The position numbers and the translations under genes are program-made. The notes under the pieces were generated by a model. That model had not been told where the DNA came from and searched no databases. It saw nothing but the letters and a program-made list of their open reading frames with translations. Positions 12,630 through 25,164 of a stretch of 64,000 nucleotides of DNA are shown here, one piece after another; position 1 is the first letter of the stretch; every line of letters begins with the position of its first letter. The stretch is from Zancudomyces culisetae HAW-14-8 (taxonomy: Eukaryota > Fungi > Kickxellomycota). Where the stretch lies: assembly GCA_052426225.1 (NCBI GenBank), contig JBNJNM010000012.1, forward strand, positions 62,001 to 126,000, given 5' to 3'.

Positions 12630-15600
12630 ATGAAGTTACACACAATAAAAATCCCATCCAGAAAACGGTTGGAGCTTGTCGATAATGAAAAGATAAGACT
12701 AAAGACACCGCTTGGGGATGACAAGGAGCGTGAAGAGTATGAGCTGGGGAAACACCGACAAGAGATTAGAAAGAGAAAGAATTTTGTCCGAACTTTTCCA
12801 AAGACCCTTGATTTAGAATTCTTGGCCAGCAATTGCGATCGTATCAGGCCTGAAAAGATAAACTATATTTCAAATAATATGATTTCAGAAAAAAATAATA
12901 AACCTGTAAACGTGGACTACAGTGGGAAAGAAAGAAGCGGAAGGGACATGAAGGTCGAAGTGGTTATTTGTGATAATCGACCTCAAGGACTGGATATGGT
13001 TAAGAGAACTGAAAATAAAGGCGTGGGAAAGATAAAAATTAGAGATTCCAGCAGTGATTTTTACGGTGAACTTGATCAAATAGAGCGAGGAGCAAGCAGC
13101 GAACGTATACAACGGATTGGCTTGAAACGGGTGGTCAATAATGTTGTAGATAGTAGTGATTACAAAGACTCGAATGTTAGGTATACAGTATACGTAAAAG
13201 ATCACGTTGACGATAATGAAAAGGAAAAGATATTCATGGTATACAACATTGAATGGGAGGGAGCCAAAGTTGTTAATGAAGTGGAGTATTTGGTTGGAAG
13301 AAGTAGCGAGTCACAAATCAAGCTCAATTCTAAACGTGTATCTAATAAGCATGCAAAAATAATAGTTAGCGCTGAAGGAAACAAAATCGAGATAAAGGCT
13401 CTAAAGACCAAGAATGGAGTATCTGTTGATAATTTTAGTAACAGAATTAAAGATAAGGAAAGGGTTCAGTTTGAAAAGCCGACTAGACTGTGGATAGCTG
13501 ACGTTGAAATGTACATAGAAGTGCGGAACAGTAGTAATAAGTGTGTTGATAATTTTCCAAGCTGGGTGGAAGAAATTAAGCAAAAAAATCGAACAGAATC
13601 CAGAATTAGTGTGAATGTTGAGAATAGCGGAACCAACGATATTAGCTCAAACGATATCAGTTATGTTGAATGTGCTGATGACATAGATGTGAATATAATA
13701 CACGGGACTCCTTGCGAAATTGGTATACAGCAGCAAGAAAATTGTATTAATATAGGATGTAAAAATAGTAGTGTACAGAGTTCAGGAGATATGGTCGAAG
13801 ATTGTGGCAATTTGAATAACAATGTTGGTGTACATATGAATGAAATGCAAATGAATGAATTGAGGAATACCCACATAGAAATACAAAAAAGCTTAAAACG
13901 AATTAAACTGGAACAAATGAGCTACAGGGCTCCATTTGAGAACGTTGCATTAAAAATTGGCAGTACTCATAATACAGATGAGAAAACCAGGTCGTTTGGG
14001 GATTGTGGTGGAGATAAAGATAAAGTGAAAACAGGAGGGATGCTTAACATTCATGATACTGAAATTGTGGTTGTTAACTGTAGAAACATAAAAATAAACT
14101 CACCTTCGAATAATGACCGCAGAATGGATGTAGAAAATGAAGCGGATCCAATACTAGATGGAGAGGGTGTGGATAGGTGTTTTCCACAGGTGGAACCAAT
14201 TGAGGTGAACAGTTACAAAACCAGAATAACAACCGTAGACTTTGGTGAGATATTGCAATTTGACACACAGAGATGGGACCACGAAAAAGATACACAGGCT
14301 ACAATTTACTCTAGCTATGATGAGCAGGCAGAACAGTTATCTGGACAGTATGGGGATGATAGTAGAAATTATTTTGACAATGCAAACGAGTTTTCGCAAC
14401 TTAAACCGGAAGTATCGATGGTACTCGATGGGAGTATTGTTGACTATTCGCTTGGTGAATCTGAAAATGAGTATTCGGAAGAGGAGAGAGAGAATAAAGA
14501 GGATCAAAAAGAGGTGGATAAAAAAGAGGTGGATAAAAAAGAGGTGGATGAAAAAGAGGTGGATGAAAAAGAGGTGGATGAAAAAGAGGTGGATGAAAGA
14601 AAAGTGAAACAGGAAAAAGAGGAGGAAAGTGATTGTAATTATCTTAATGAGACTGTATTCTCGGAAGAAATATCCTCAAGGCTGTCTACTCATCTTTGTA
14701 ACAACCCAATAGCTCAAAAAGAACAAGAATACAAAGATATTGTGCCTGTACAAAATAAAGTTAATACTGGAAATCATACTGAATTGTACAATAAATTTGT
14801 GAATTCGCTCGATTTTGCTGAGCATTACAATTGCCATCCTGATAATGTAACTAGCACAAAGAAGCCATATGATGACTCTTTTCGCAAAAAGGTTCATCGT
14901 AACCACTCGCTCTCATGTATACTTGATAATAGTTCTGTGCTACCAACGCCGCCCAATACTCATATCTGTGAATCCTTTAACTCGTTTTACTATCTGAACT
15001 ACCTCGAAAACTATATAAAAATACAAACACTTAATCCAGAAATTATACCATCTCTACCTCCTACAAACGGTAACGCCATTATTGATATTGATAACAATAT
15101 ATTTGACAGTAGCCCTATTGCTAAAGACGTTGTTCTATCACAAGTGCACAGCAGCCAACACACAAGCCAAACCCCCCTACCTTCATCACCCAGTATATGC
15201 GAAAATACTCAGTCGCCTATTACCAACAGCCGTTCTACAAATATTCACACCGAGGATCCATCCAGTTCGCTTCCGACATCCTCTTCACCACCACCACCAT
15301 CAACTCCAAACGCTGATACAACTAACGGTATTTCTACAACACCTTCTATAATCAGAATTCCAAACTACTCCTTTTCATCCAATCCGGCTACGAACACCTC
15401 CTCCAAACCAACACCTCTCCCTTTACAGAGATCAATTGGTTTAAACAGGCGTGCTCTAAGGGCCAAAAGCTCAAGCTTAACGGCTGCACCACCAAATTCA
15501 ATCACGTCTAGTAACTCTGGTATCGCCTCTACTCTTTCAAAACTCCCACCTATTTCTAGCGCTATCAGTCGCCTATTAGGCACATCTCCCTCTTCGTCAA

Positions 15601-15956
15601 ATCCATCAACCTCCTTTCCAAACAGTATTATGGCTTCCATCACCCCATCCAATCAAGCTCTTCATCCGTATTCATCTGGTCCCAAGAGAAGAAGTTTTGG
15701 TCCGATCGGGTTATCCTCGATCAAAAAAAAATCGAACAGCTGCTCCTCCAGTGTCAACATTACCACAACCGCAAACACGACCACTCCCAAAAACCCGATC
15801 CAAAAACAGGCTCCAGCTTCTACCTCTCATTCGGTGCTCATAGACATTGTTGTCAAATCTCCACAGAAACACGCCTCCGCCAACCACTCGAAACCATTGC
15901 CTGTTCCTCCTATACCAAAGCCCAGGTATCCTAGATCTGTGAGGAACAAATACTAG
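12630..15956 (+). CDS. FHA-domain protein with long disordered regions
   Basis: FHA signature LVGRSS..RVSNKHAKI..KTKNGVSVD (GR, SxxH, NG). The rest is acidic then Ser/Pro/Thr-rich low-complexity sequence. Confidence 0.7.
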   Translation: MKLHTIKIPSRKRLELVDNEKIRLKTPLGDDKEREEYELGKHRQEIRKRKNFVRTFPKTLDLEFLASNCDRIRPEKINYISNNMISEKNNKPVNVDYSGKERSGRDMKVEVVICDNRPQGLDMVKRTENKGVGKIKIRDSSSDFYGELDQIERGASSERIQRIGLKRVVNNVVDSSDYKDSNVRYTVYVKDHVDDNEKEKIFMVYNIEWEGAKVVNEVEYLVGRSSESQIKLNSKRVSNKHAKIIVSAEGNKIEIKALKTKNGVSVDNFSNRIKDKERVQFEKPTRLWIADVEMYIEVRNSSNKCVDNFPSWVEEIKQKNRTESRISVNVENSGTNDISSNDISYVECADDIDVNIIHGTPCEIGIQQQENCINIGCKNSSVQSSGDMVEDCGNLNNNVGVHMNEMQMNELRNTHIEIQKSLKRIKLEQMSYRAPFENVALKIGSTHNTDEKTRSFGDCGGDKDKVKTGGMLNIHDTEIVVVNCRNIKINSPSNNDRRMDVENEADPILDGEGVDRCFPQVEPIEVNSYKTRITTVDFGEILQFDTQRWDHEKDTQATIYSSYDEQAEQLSGQYGDDSRNYFDNANEFSQLKPEVSMVLDGSIVDYSLGESENEYSEEERENKEDQKEVDKKEVDKKEVDEKEVDEKEVDEKEVDERKVKQEKEEESDCNYLNETVFSEEISSRLSTHLCNNPIAQKEQEYKDIVPVQNKVNTGNHTELYNKFVNSLDFAEHYNCHPDNVTSTKKPYDDSFRKKVHRNHSLSCILDNSSVLPTPPNTHICESFNSFYYLNYLENYIKIQTLNPEIIPSLPPTNGNAIIDIDNNIFDSSPIAKDVVLSQVHSSQHTSQTPLPSSPSICENTQSPITNSRSTNIHTEDPSSSLPTSSSPPPPSTPNADTTNGISTTPSIIRIPNYSFSSNPATNTSSKPTPLPLQRSIGLNRRALRAKSSSLTAAPPNSITSSNSGIASTLSKLPPISSAISRLLGTSPSSSNPSTSFPNSIMASITPSNQALHPYSSGPKRRSFGPIGLSSIKKKSNSCSSSVNITTTANTTTPKNPIQKQAPASTSHSVLIDIVVKSPQKHASANHSKPLPVPPIPKPRYPRSVRNKY
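14508..14597 (+). repeat. Coding 15-bp minisatellite (AAAGAGGTGGATRAA)x6 encoding KEVDK/E
   Basis: Tandem repeat visible directly in the sequence. Confidence 0.9.
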
Positions 15957-16218
15957 CCACCAACTTTCCTTGCCACACTCCTTCCAAAAACTTGGGAAAA
16001 ACACCCATACAACCATTCTCCAGCCATCTCGTTTATGTAACACCAAGCGATTTTAAATAATGCGTATATGCTTTTATTATTAGATGCATTGAAATACCGT
16101 TTTACTAGTACAATAAAATGAAAATTTTTTAAAAAAAAAATCAAAACTCAGAACGTTTCTTCGTTTTCTCCATTTATTCTTGATCTATTTATTAATACAA
16201 TCTTAACCCATCTTTAGG

Positions 16219-16896
16219 TTATACTGATATACAGTACTCCAACATAATGAACTTGTGAACCAGACCCTCCAACTCCAATAGATGGTCATCTACAAGCATA
16301 TGTGATGGTGTTAATCCTCTTAGTGCCTCGCACAAGTTAAATAGATACTCTTGGTTGGTTCCGCTAAGCCCTATTGTATTTGCTATTACTCTAGCCACTT
16401 CCTCGTTGGTCACGGGTCCCGCAAAAGATGAGTTTTCGGCCTGTCCAATATATACTAGTGCCTCTTTCACTACAACATGCTCTTCCTCTGTTCCATCGCG
16501 AGGCTCGTCGCTGTATACACAGACTTTGTGAACAGTGTACCCATCCTTTTCTCGGTGATCCAGATGATCCAAAACCTCTTTTTCTAGGCCCTTCTTTATT
16601 CTATACACTACACCATAACACTTGCCATCGTCTCCGGACTTTGATTGTCCTCCTATGCTCTTTTCCAGCTCAGCTAGCTGTTCGTTTTCCACTAATGTCA
16701 CCACATATCCTGGCTTCTCTGGCGTTCCACGGTGGTCATGACTCTTTTGCCAAAACCTCCTCTCAAAGCCCTTTATGTAACCCACACGTCTTTCTTCTAC
16801 GGGAAAGTCCACCTTCCATATCAAACTACCATACCCAAACACCCAAACACCCTCTGAACCCTCCTCATTTACTTTTGCTTCTATCTCTTGTCTCAT
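16219..16896 (-). CDS. GCG1: ChaC-family glutathione-specific gamma-glutamylcyclotransferase
   Basis: WVFGYGSLIWK, RRFWQKSHDHRGTPEKPG, LDHREKDGY, GLSGTNQEYLFNL. Confidence 0.95.
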   Translation of the reverse strand: MRQEIEAKVNEEGSEGVWVFGYGSLIWKVDFPVEERRVGYIKGFERRFWQKSHDHRGTPEKPGYVVTLVENEQLAELEKSIGGQSKSGDDGKCYGVVYRIKKGLEKEVLDHLDHREKDGYTVHKVCVYSDEPRDGTEEEHVVVKEALVYIGQAENSSFAGPVTNEEVARVIANTIGLSGTNQEYLFNLCEALRGLTPSHMLVDDHLLELEGLVHKFIMLEYCISV

Positions 16897-18247
16897 TGTT
16901 TTGATTTTGTTATGTCACTGATTTTTCTCTTTTTTGTGTGCAATGTTTGTCTTAGCAAACGATATTCCTGCTTAATACTGCTGAATTGTTTAGTTGGATT
17001 ATGTGGCTTCTGCTTGCCCCTTATATATTTTTTTTTCCAAGCCCAAACATTTTTGTTCTAAAAATAATTACATAACACCCTCCCCCCCCTTCTCCCGTAT
17101 TGACAAAGCAAATCTTACAATAAATATTCAGTTTATGCAGGTCTCTGGCCCAGTAGGATTTTTTACATAGATACCACCCTAGTCCCAATATTTTAAATTT
17201 TTTTTCAAAATTGGTAATTTAAAGTGCATCTAGACAAATCACACCTTAGTTGCTCACTAAAGAAATTACGTTTCTCGTCTCCCTCTCCACATCCTAAAGC
17301 AACACATGGATGTTTTTTTTTTCAATGAGTCTACCCGAAATTACAATTTTTCTTGTCGATTGTTATTGAGTATTGCTAATGTTCGAGTCCCAATCACGAA
17401 TTATAATGAAACATTTTTAAATTGTTTTACTATCTTTCTCCAACAACCAGGCTTGTTGTAATTTGCTGCAATCTAATCGGCACCATAATTTGCATAAATG
17501 CACCATTTTGACATCATAAATTTTTTTTGAATGGAACAAAGCTCTAGGAGGATATTTTGATTTTTCATAACAAGTCCTTTTTTGTATAAAAAGCAAAAAA
17601 AGGAAATGAGCAAATATTCGTCATTTTTCCGAATAATTACGAATATTTTCTAGTCAAACAATAAAGTTAAAAAATACAGCGTCCATTTACACACACCTTC
17701 TTACTCAATACATACACTTTATACCATTGTTTACTGTTTTACCAAAAAACTTTTGCCATTTTTCTTTTAATGCTAAAATATACCACCCAATGATAAAGTT
17801 ATTGTATGCACACTTTAAAATTCCTTATCAAAGTAAGATGGTTTTTGTTTACTCATTTATTTGGGGGTTACTGTTATTGTGGCTCCGCTTTTCCTTGGCC
17901 GTGTTAGTTGGTAACAAAAATGACTCTCCTTTCCAATTTTTTATACTCATAAACGCAAATATTGATCAACAGTCATAATAACAATTTTTGATTCTCACAG
18001 CTTCAGTATTTAGATGACTGTCAACACACACCATTTTAGCGCTTTGTCATTCATAAAGAAAGTTCTTAATCACACTTTATTTATAACACAGATCGGGATT
18101 TAATTTCATATGTTCTGGTACCAAAGGTTGATTCGCTTTATGTGGTATGAAATGCCATTTCAAAGCAAATACCAGTTTTATTCCCACAATATCGGATTCT
18201 ATTTAACATAAACCCTAAAAAATGACTCAAAGATCAAAGAAATGTTT

Positions 18248-20050
18248 TCAAATAACGTTACCCAACTGCAAGGGCGCAATCTTGTACTCATACGGGACTG
18301 TGCCATTATTGGTCTCGTTTTGTACATTTATTTTTACCAAGATATTTTGTGAATCGCTAATTTGCTCAAAGGAAGCATAATTGCGCCTACCAAGTAGTTT
18401 CTTATTATTATTTGGTGGGTTTTTTCCATTGACATCTTTGACAAACAAATCCACCATTTTTTCATATGTAAAGTTATCAAGGGTATACTTTTTTGAAGAT
18501 AAGTGAAGCAGCCTAATTACTACATTTGGTGGTGGGGAATTCACAATGGCTGATGATATAATCTGTGGCATGTATCTAAAATCCTGCACTTCGGGTATCT
18601 CTGAATTGCTTTGTTTAAAGCATCCAACTCCACAGCAATGAACATCGCCCGCTACAAAAGTAACCCGTACTTTTCTGCGATTGGATAGTTCTTGCAACCG
18701 TAATACGAGCGCTTTTCTTTCCTCTAAATGACAGCCTGCTGTCCAATGGTCATTGAGGTCATCTAGTAATTCAGGTTCACCGAAATCGTTTAAAAGTTTG
18801 GAAAACGCACCCTCCTTTTGAAATATGTTCATTTTTATCAGACTAGATCTTGACAAGAACCCCATAGCCTCCTCTACATATGTCAACCGAGGATAAATAA
18901 TTGGAATTCCCATCAATACAAACAAATGTCTCGTAGATGGTGGCATATCTTCCAATTTGTCGAATATTTGATTATACGTCTCTTCTGAAACAATTCTTTC
19001 CAACGACCTTTCAAATCTGGTATCAATGCTTACCAAGCTAACATATGGACCAATGTTTTTAATCGTATTGTATCCTTTGTGTCCAAAATACCCGTGTTCT
19101 CTTGACATTTCGTGGTTTGTATGTGCCTGAAACAAAAGAAAGTTTTTAAAAGCAACATTTTTTATTTCTTGAAAAATATTTGATGTGTGCAAATAAGTTG
19201 GATACGAACCCCAAGCGTCAAAAATGTCGTGATCATCTATTATATAACTAAATGGTATTGTTGTTAGCGCTTCTGTAAATTTCCCAGCGTAAAAAAAGCA
19301 TTTGACATAGTTTATAAAGTAATATTCCTCTGTATAGTTTCTCATTGCACTAGTAAACTCAAGATCCTGTCTTTTTGATTTCTCAGCATGTATAAATTCG
19401 TGCCATATTTCGGATTCCCAAATCCCATCATTGTATATTTGATCTCCTCCCCCAATCATTAGATTAAACGGATTTATTCGGTGTTTTTCTAGCATATCTG
19501 CCCACAACACATCATTTCCTCCAAGTTCACTTTTTTTTTGTTCTGAAACACTAGACGACCACCCATTGCAGGTCGTAAAAGTCCACCTCCATGGACTGTT
19601 TACGCTTGGAATAGTAAATACATACGTTTCGGAAGTACCATTAATCTGATATGAAATTCTTTTGTCAATAGAGCCATCTAATGGTACCGAAAAATCGTAT
19701 CTATAAAACACCGACTGTTGATATTGTCCTATCTTAACTGGGCTACCCATAAACTTGCTGTTACATTGAGAATCGTAAAACTCTACTGTTGGCGTTTGTA
19801 CAGAAATGGGCACCAGTAGCAGTACGCTTCCTTTCCACGTTCCAGTGTACAAATCCAAGTCGACATACATCAAAATTGGGCCTAAAATGTCGTCTTCTCT
19901 TATTTTTATTGTTGGAGCACCTTCACTGTCAAAGAGCGTCTCGTACGAGGATAGCTGTTTCACTTGGATAGTCTCTTCTAAAGGTTGATCATCCTTCAAC
20001 TCTTCATCTTGTTTTTTAGTCTTCTGTTTCGATATAAATGAAAGATCCAT
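18248..20050 (-). CDS. PhoD-like metallophosphatase (PhoD_2/YGR266W-type), paralogue A
   Basis: Motifs CNGWS, GGGDQIYND, IDDHDIFDAWGSYP, DTRFER, PELLDDLNDHW, GDVH, QIISSAIVN, RRNY; no signal peptide. Confidence 0.85.
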   Translation of the reverse strand: MDLSFISKQKTKKQDEELKDDQPLEETIQVKQLSSYETLFDSEGAPTIKIREDDILGPILMYVDLDLYTGTWKGSVLLLVPISVQTPTVEFYDSQCNSKFMGSPVKIGQYQQSVFYRYDFSVPLDGSIDKRISYQINGTSETYVFTIPSVNSPWRWTFTTCNGWSSSVSEQKKSELGGNDVLWADMLEKHRINPFNLMIGGGDQIYNDGIWESEIWHEFIHAEKSKRQDLEFTSAMRNYTEEYYFINYVKCFFYAGKFTEALTTIPFSYIIDDHDIFDAWGSYPTYLHTSNIFQEIKNVAFKNFLLFQAHTNHEMSREHGYFGHKGYNTIKNIGPYVSLVSIDTRFERSLERIVSEETYNQIFDKLEDMPPSTRHLFVLMGIPIIYPRLTYVEEAMGFLSRSSLIKMNIFQKEGAFSKLLNDFGEPELLDDLNDHWTAGCHLEERKALVLRLQELSNRRKVRVTFVAGDVHCCGVGCFKQSNSEIPEVQDFRYMPQIISSAIVNSPPPNVVIRLLHLSSKKYTLDNFTYEKMVDLFVKDVNGKNPPNNNKKLLGRRNYASFEQISDSQNILVKINVQNETNNGTVPYEYKIAPLQLGNVI

Positions 20051-20966
20051 ATTTGTATATTCTGGTTGACAATTGCTTTCAAATAATACGAAAACCGAGG
20101 TTATTATATAGATATTAGCGATGATGTTTAAACAACAATGAATTGTGTGGTTTTCATGAAATACTGTTTTTTATTATTATTAAACACAAGCCTACAACTT
20201 TTAAGTATAGAAAAAGTATCCTGGAGAATATCACCTAGGGTAGTAACACATTTTGGGTGAATTTCCAGGACTGTAAAGCCAATGCAGACTTATGCTTTGT
20301 ACCATTTATATTTGGTATAAATACTATTGGGTGGCTTGTAAAGTTTTCATAGTAAATAAATGCCCAGCCTCCAATAAAAGTTCAATATATTTCTGGATCA
20401 CAAACCTAAAACAATATATAGAGTATTACTCGGTTATTTTTACTTGTTTTTTGTTTACTTGCCTCCAGTCGTATATTTTTGGAATATGGAAATACGTTCT
20501 AAATCAGTTCAAAAGTGTTTATAGGTTGGAGATGATGTTCTTGAATAAGTTATGTAAGGTGCTGTGTGTTATATGATAAGATATATATTTGTTTTTTATT
20601 TTTTTCTTCTATTGACAAGTGTATATATATCTGCAATATACTCTTTAAACACTAGATATATGATAGAGCTCATAATTACATAGCTCAAGTACAACGTTAG
20701 TTAAGTATTGCACCAAAACATTACAAGCTCTCCCTCTCCAAACTAGTGTCACTATGAATTACTCTTGCAAAAGACATACGAATTTAAGGATTCATTTCGA
20801 ACTTCTCCATTATGATTCAAGCTAAGCGTTCTGTGTTGCATTAACTATGAGCATGTGGAACGAATTACAATGTAAATGCTTAAGCTTGGGTAAGAATAGC
20901 TCAGTGTTTATGTTGTGACAAGAATTAAAACTCTTATATAAACATGGCTATTCTATTTAAAATATA

Positions 20967-20968
<2 letters not shown>

Positions 20969-20994
<26 letters not shown>
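20969..20994. repeat. (TTA)n microsatellite
   Basis: Direct observation. Confidence 0.85.
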
Positions 20995-20998
<4 letters not shown>

Positions 20999-22089
20999 TA
21001 GCTAATCGAGATATGTTAGTAAGAACGTTCAACCAACGTATTACCACGATGGCATGGCATGTCATGAATCCGAAAAAGTTCAACAAGCTAGATAGGTGAA
21101 ATGTTCAAGTTTGCATTTACAATTCACCTACTAAAAACATATTTGTATCCACGAGAGGCGAACTTTAACAAAACTATATAGTGATGGTGATGTAAAGTAC
21201 AGGTAACTGCCAAGCATATAATTGATCAAATGACCCTAGTGATACTCTATTTTGAATTTATTCAAAATTTGTAGTAGTATAAACTATTGTTGTGGTTGAC
21301 AGTAGTAATTCTAGATAATAAATATTAACGTAAATTGGATAACTCACAGTGAATTAGAGATGAAGAAAATAGGAAGATAAAGACTTGAAAAAGAAGTAAT
21401 TTAGTTAGTTGGTTAGTCAGTATTTTGAGCAGTAAGTATTTAGAGTTAGTTAAAAAGGAGATATCAAATAAAGTTACAATATTAGGTCGCAACACGACAT
21501 AAAGACCAATTTATCAGTTGGCTTGGCGATATGCGTCTACTGCATAATATCTCCAGTAATTATCTGTGGTTTTGGGACGATATTACAAAAAAATGAATGA
21601 AGAGGCAAATAAATAGTGATGAAAACCAACGTGAATTTTTGACAATGTGATAAACCTTGGGTGTATTCAAGGGGGTAAAATAGCCTGTGTAGACTGTTTG
21701 TTCAGTTAATTCCCTCACGATTCTGCAGTTTTTTTTAAATACAAATTTCGCTTGGTTTAGCTGAAAAAAGTACTTATGCAAACAAGTCACCGAACAAACA
21801 AATAGTGTAGCTGTGATTTACACTATTTACTGGGATGATACCAAATTGATTATTCGCGGCAATATTTTTATTTGGGTAATATAAGCAAAACCCCAAGACT
21901 TGTTAGTTTCTGTATCCCAGAAAAAAAAATATAAGACTACAAAACTGAACTCCGCTTTTTATCCGCTTACAGGATATATTTAAAAAGTATTATTCTTAAA
22001 CAACTAGTTTTCACTCTTTTCCAAGTGTGACCCGATCATAATTATTTTTTAATTATACATAGCGCAACCACAGACACACGGAAACAAAA

Positions 22090-23925
22090 ATGGATTTTCC
22101 AGCACTAAACCCAGAGGAATTTCAAAAGAACCAAAAAGATAGCCAAAGTCCAGATGCAAACCGCATAAATCCCAAGGAGATGTTTGGAGAATTTCCAAAA
22201 GATCTCAAAGAAAGCGACTACAACTACTATACGCATTTTAACGAAAATGGTATGCCAAAACACAATCGCAGAAGGGATGGGATTCTAGGACCAATCATTA
22301 TGTTTGTCGACACAGATTTGACAACAGCAGAATGGGTGGGAAGCGTCATGGTATTGGTACCACGATCATCATCTGTTCCAACAATAACATTTTATGACCA
22401 CACGATCAACGTAACCACTCAGGGTACACCAACAAAGATAGGGGAATTTGAGCAAACATTGTTCTACAGATTTGATGTTCGGGTAACGCTAGATTACAGT
22501 ATCGAAAAGCAAATATTCTATGAAATCAATAATGACAAGTTGTATTATAAATTTACCGTTCCAAGTCAAACAAGTGGATGGAGATGGTGTTTCTTTAGTT
22601 GTAACGGATGGTCAGCAAATGTATCAGAAGAGAGAAAAAACGAGCTTGGTGGGGATAATGCGGTGTGGGATGACCTTTTAAACAAGCATGAAACATTTCC
22701 GTTTAATGTAATGCTTGGGGGAGGGGACCAACTATATGCGGATGCGTTGTGGAAAGGACGTGTTTGGTTAAACTACCTAAAGGTTCGGAACAAGGAAGAT
22801 AGGTGCCAGTACCCATTTACACCAGATATGGAGAAATTCATCGATAACTTTTACTTTATTATATACGTGCAGAGGTTTTTCCACACAAACAGATTTACGG
22901 ATGCGCTCACAACAATACCATCCTCGTTTATTATTGATGATCACGACATTTTTGATGGGTGGGGATCATACCCTGAATATCTACTTAACTCAAATGTGTT
23001 CCAGGGAATAAAAAAGTATGCGTTCAAGTATTGGCTCCTATTCCAGGCGCAGACAAATATTGATCTTTCCCGAAAACATGGGTATTTTGGAAACACAGGC
23101 TTTACATTTTTAAAGCAAATGGGTCCTTTTAGTTCAGTTATTGGTGTTGACACTCGCTATGAGCGCACTCTGCCCAAAATAGTTAGTGACAATGCATACC
23201 ATGAAATCTTTGCACGATTGGATAACCTGCCACCATCAACTAGACATCTCTTTGTGTTGCTTGGCGTACCCATTCTGTACCCCAGACTGACTTATGTGGA
23301 ATCAGGAATGAACTTTATGAAAAAGTCGGGGTTAACTTCACTAGGTGTTTTCAAAGAAGATGGAACATTAGCCAGTGTTATGAATCAGTTTGGCGAACCA
23401 GAGTTGTTGGATGACTTAAATGATCACTGGACTGCCGCAATTCACATGAAAGAAAGAAAACAATTTATTTTGCGACTTCAGCTCCTGGCAAAATCAAGAG
23501 GAATCAGAGTAACTTTTGTTGCTGGTGATGTCCACTGTTGTGGAGCTGGCCGGTTTGCAACCAGAAAATTGAAGCTTCTTCCCGAGAATGACTACAGAAT
23601 GATGCAGCAAATTATTTCTTCGGCTATAGTTAACACTCCTCCGCCTAACTCTGTGATACGCCTCGCACACTATGGTTCAAAAACATTTGATCTAGATGAA
23701 TATACTGACGAGATTATGTACGAGCTTTTTACTCAAGACGTCAATGGAAAGACCCCTCCAAATAACAATAAAAAGTTGCTAGGCCGAAGAAACTTTGCTT
23801 CTTTTGCAGAAGATCTTTCATCAAAGGGTGTGATTGCTCATATACATGTACAAAAAGCGAGCAATGATGGTACTGTACCCTACCAGGTTTATATCCCTCA
23901 TTTGGCCCTACCACAACCTTACTAG
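22090..23925 (+). CDS. PhoD-like metallophosphatase (PhoD_2/YGR266W-type), paralogue B
   Basis: Same motif set as 18248-20050 (GGGDQLYAD, IDDHDIFDGWGSYP, GDVH, PPNNNKKLLGRRN); the two proteins are collinear along their length. Confidence 0.85.
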   Translation: MDFPALNPEEFQKNQKDSQSPDANRINPKEMFGEFPKDLKESDYNYYTHFNENGMPKHNRRRDGILGPIIMFVDTDLTTAEWVGSVMVLVPRSSSVPTITFYDHTINVTTQGTPTKIGEFEQTLFYRFDVRVTLDYSIEKQIFYEINNDKLYYKFTVPSQTSGWRWCFFSCNGWSANVSEERKNELGGDNAVWDDLLNKHETFPFNVMLGGGDQLYADALWKGRVWLNYLKVRNKEDRCQYPFTPDMEKFIDNFYFIIYVQRFFHTNRFTDALTTIPSSFIIDDHDIFDGWGSYPEYLLNSNVFQGIKKYAFKYWLLFQAQTNIDLSRKHGYFGNTGFTFLKQMGPFSSVIGVDTRYERTLPKIVSDNAYHEIFARLDNLPPSTRHLFVLLGVPILYPRLTYVESGMNFMKKSGLTSLGVFKEDGTLASVMNQFGEPELLDDLNDHWTAAIHMKERKQFILRLQLLAKSRGIRVTFVAGDVHCCGAGRFATRKLKLLPENDYRMMQQIISSAIVNTPPPNSVIRLAHYGSKTFDLDEYTDEIMYELFTQDVNGKTPPNNNKKLLGRRNFASFAEDLSSKGVIAHIHVQKASNDGTVPYQVYIPHLALPQPY

Positions 23926-25164
23926 TTTATTCCTTTTATTTTTATTTTATTTTTTCAATCCAATCTCCCTCCCTCAGTGACGCTAGTAAAGGTATGGTAC
24001 CGTCTCAATAATTATACTTTAATAGCATTTTACTTGGTCTTATTAATCACCCTCACCCTGAGCTACCAATTTTACCATGTGGTACTTTTTTTCTAAAAAA
24101 AAAAAAACAAGTAAATAATAAACAAGTTGGACAAAGTTGCAGATTAACTTTCGCGTATTTAAAGAAAGACGTCTTGTAGATCGAGCTACCATACACTATT
24201 AGCTAGTATCAATATCAACCCAAAAAGTGACAGACACTTGACAGTGTGATATATAAAGCAAAATTGGCCGAAGCTACCCTGCCAAGTGGTTTGAAGTACA
24301 GCATTTTTTTTTAGCCGAGCTTTAGAAAGCTGGCTTTTTCTCTTTTATCATGATTACCTCGGTATAATAATACTAGCCTGCGTAGAAAACTCAAGCACTT
24401 GTACAAACTTTTGTTTTAAACCATGAAATATGTCCACGCTGCTTCTTTACCAGGGTTTAGCTACTCTTTTTTTTTTTGGTTTTTTTTAGAAGAACAGAAC
24501 CCTACACAAAAGCTTTTTGCGCATTAAGTGTCCGTTTTCCTGGTAGATTGTGCAGGCATCTCTTATCTTGTAAAAGAAAAACCTTTCGTGACTGAAGATG
24601 TGTCGAGGTTTTTTTTTGTTTATTGGACAGGAGAACCATACAACCTCTAATAAACTTGAGATATCTCTATTATCAGCGCTAGTGTACTTTTCAGCAATCT
24701 TTTCTCAACACAAGATTTGGCTGATATGAATTGTTTTAGTCTTTTTTTCTTGACTGTGCTAGCAACACGTAGAGAAGAATCCAATAGAAATAGTCAATTC
24801 CACGAAGCTTATCTTCATGTTTACAAAGAATAGCAATTTAAAATGTAAACACAATTTGACAAAAACTTATCTATAGTAAAATAATATTTCAGGAGGGCTT
24901 CGCAGGAGGTTAATAATTTTGCAGCCATTGGCTGGGCTTTAAATGCAATATTATATAATTGCAGCAACTTTTGCAACCTGTGACATGGTAAATTAAAGCA
25001 AAAACACTAAGTGTTGTTTTCATTAGCCGCTAGCTTTGGTGATTATAATTGCTAAAATTTTTCGTTCAAATATCCACTAAAAAATATTATAATTTCTGAT
25101 ATTTTACACGCTTTGAAGAGAATATTAAAACATACAACGAAAATATAAAGAAATAATATACATC

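Noticed and set aside
20051-22089. Pho4-type sites in the spacer between the PhoD paralogues
   Set aside because: No CACGTG was noticed, only an isolated AACGTG, which is expected by chance.
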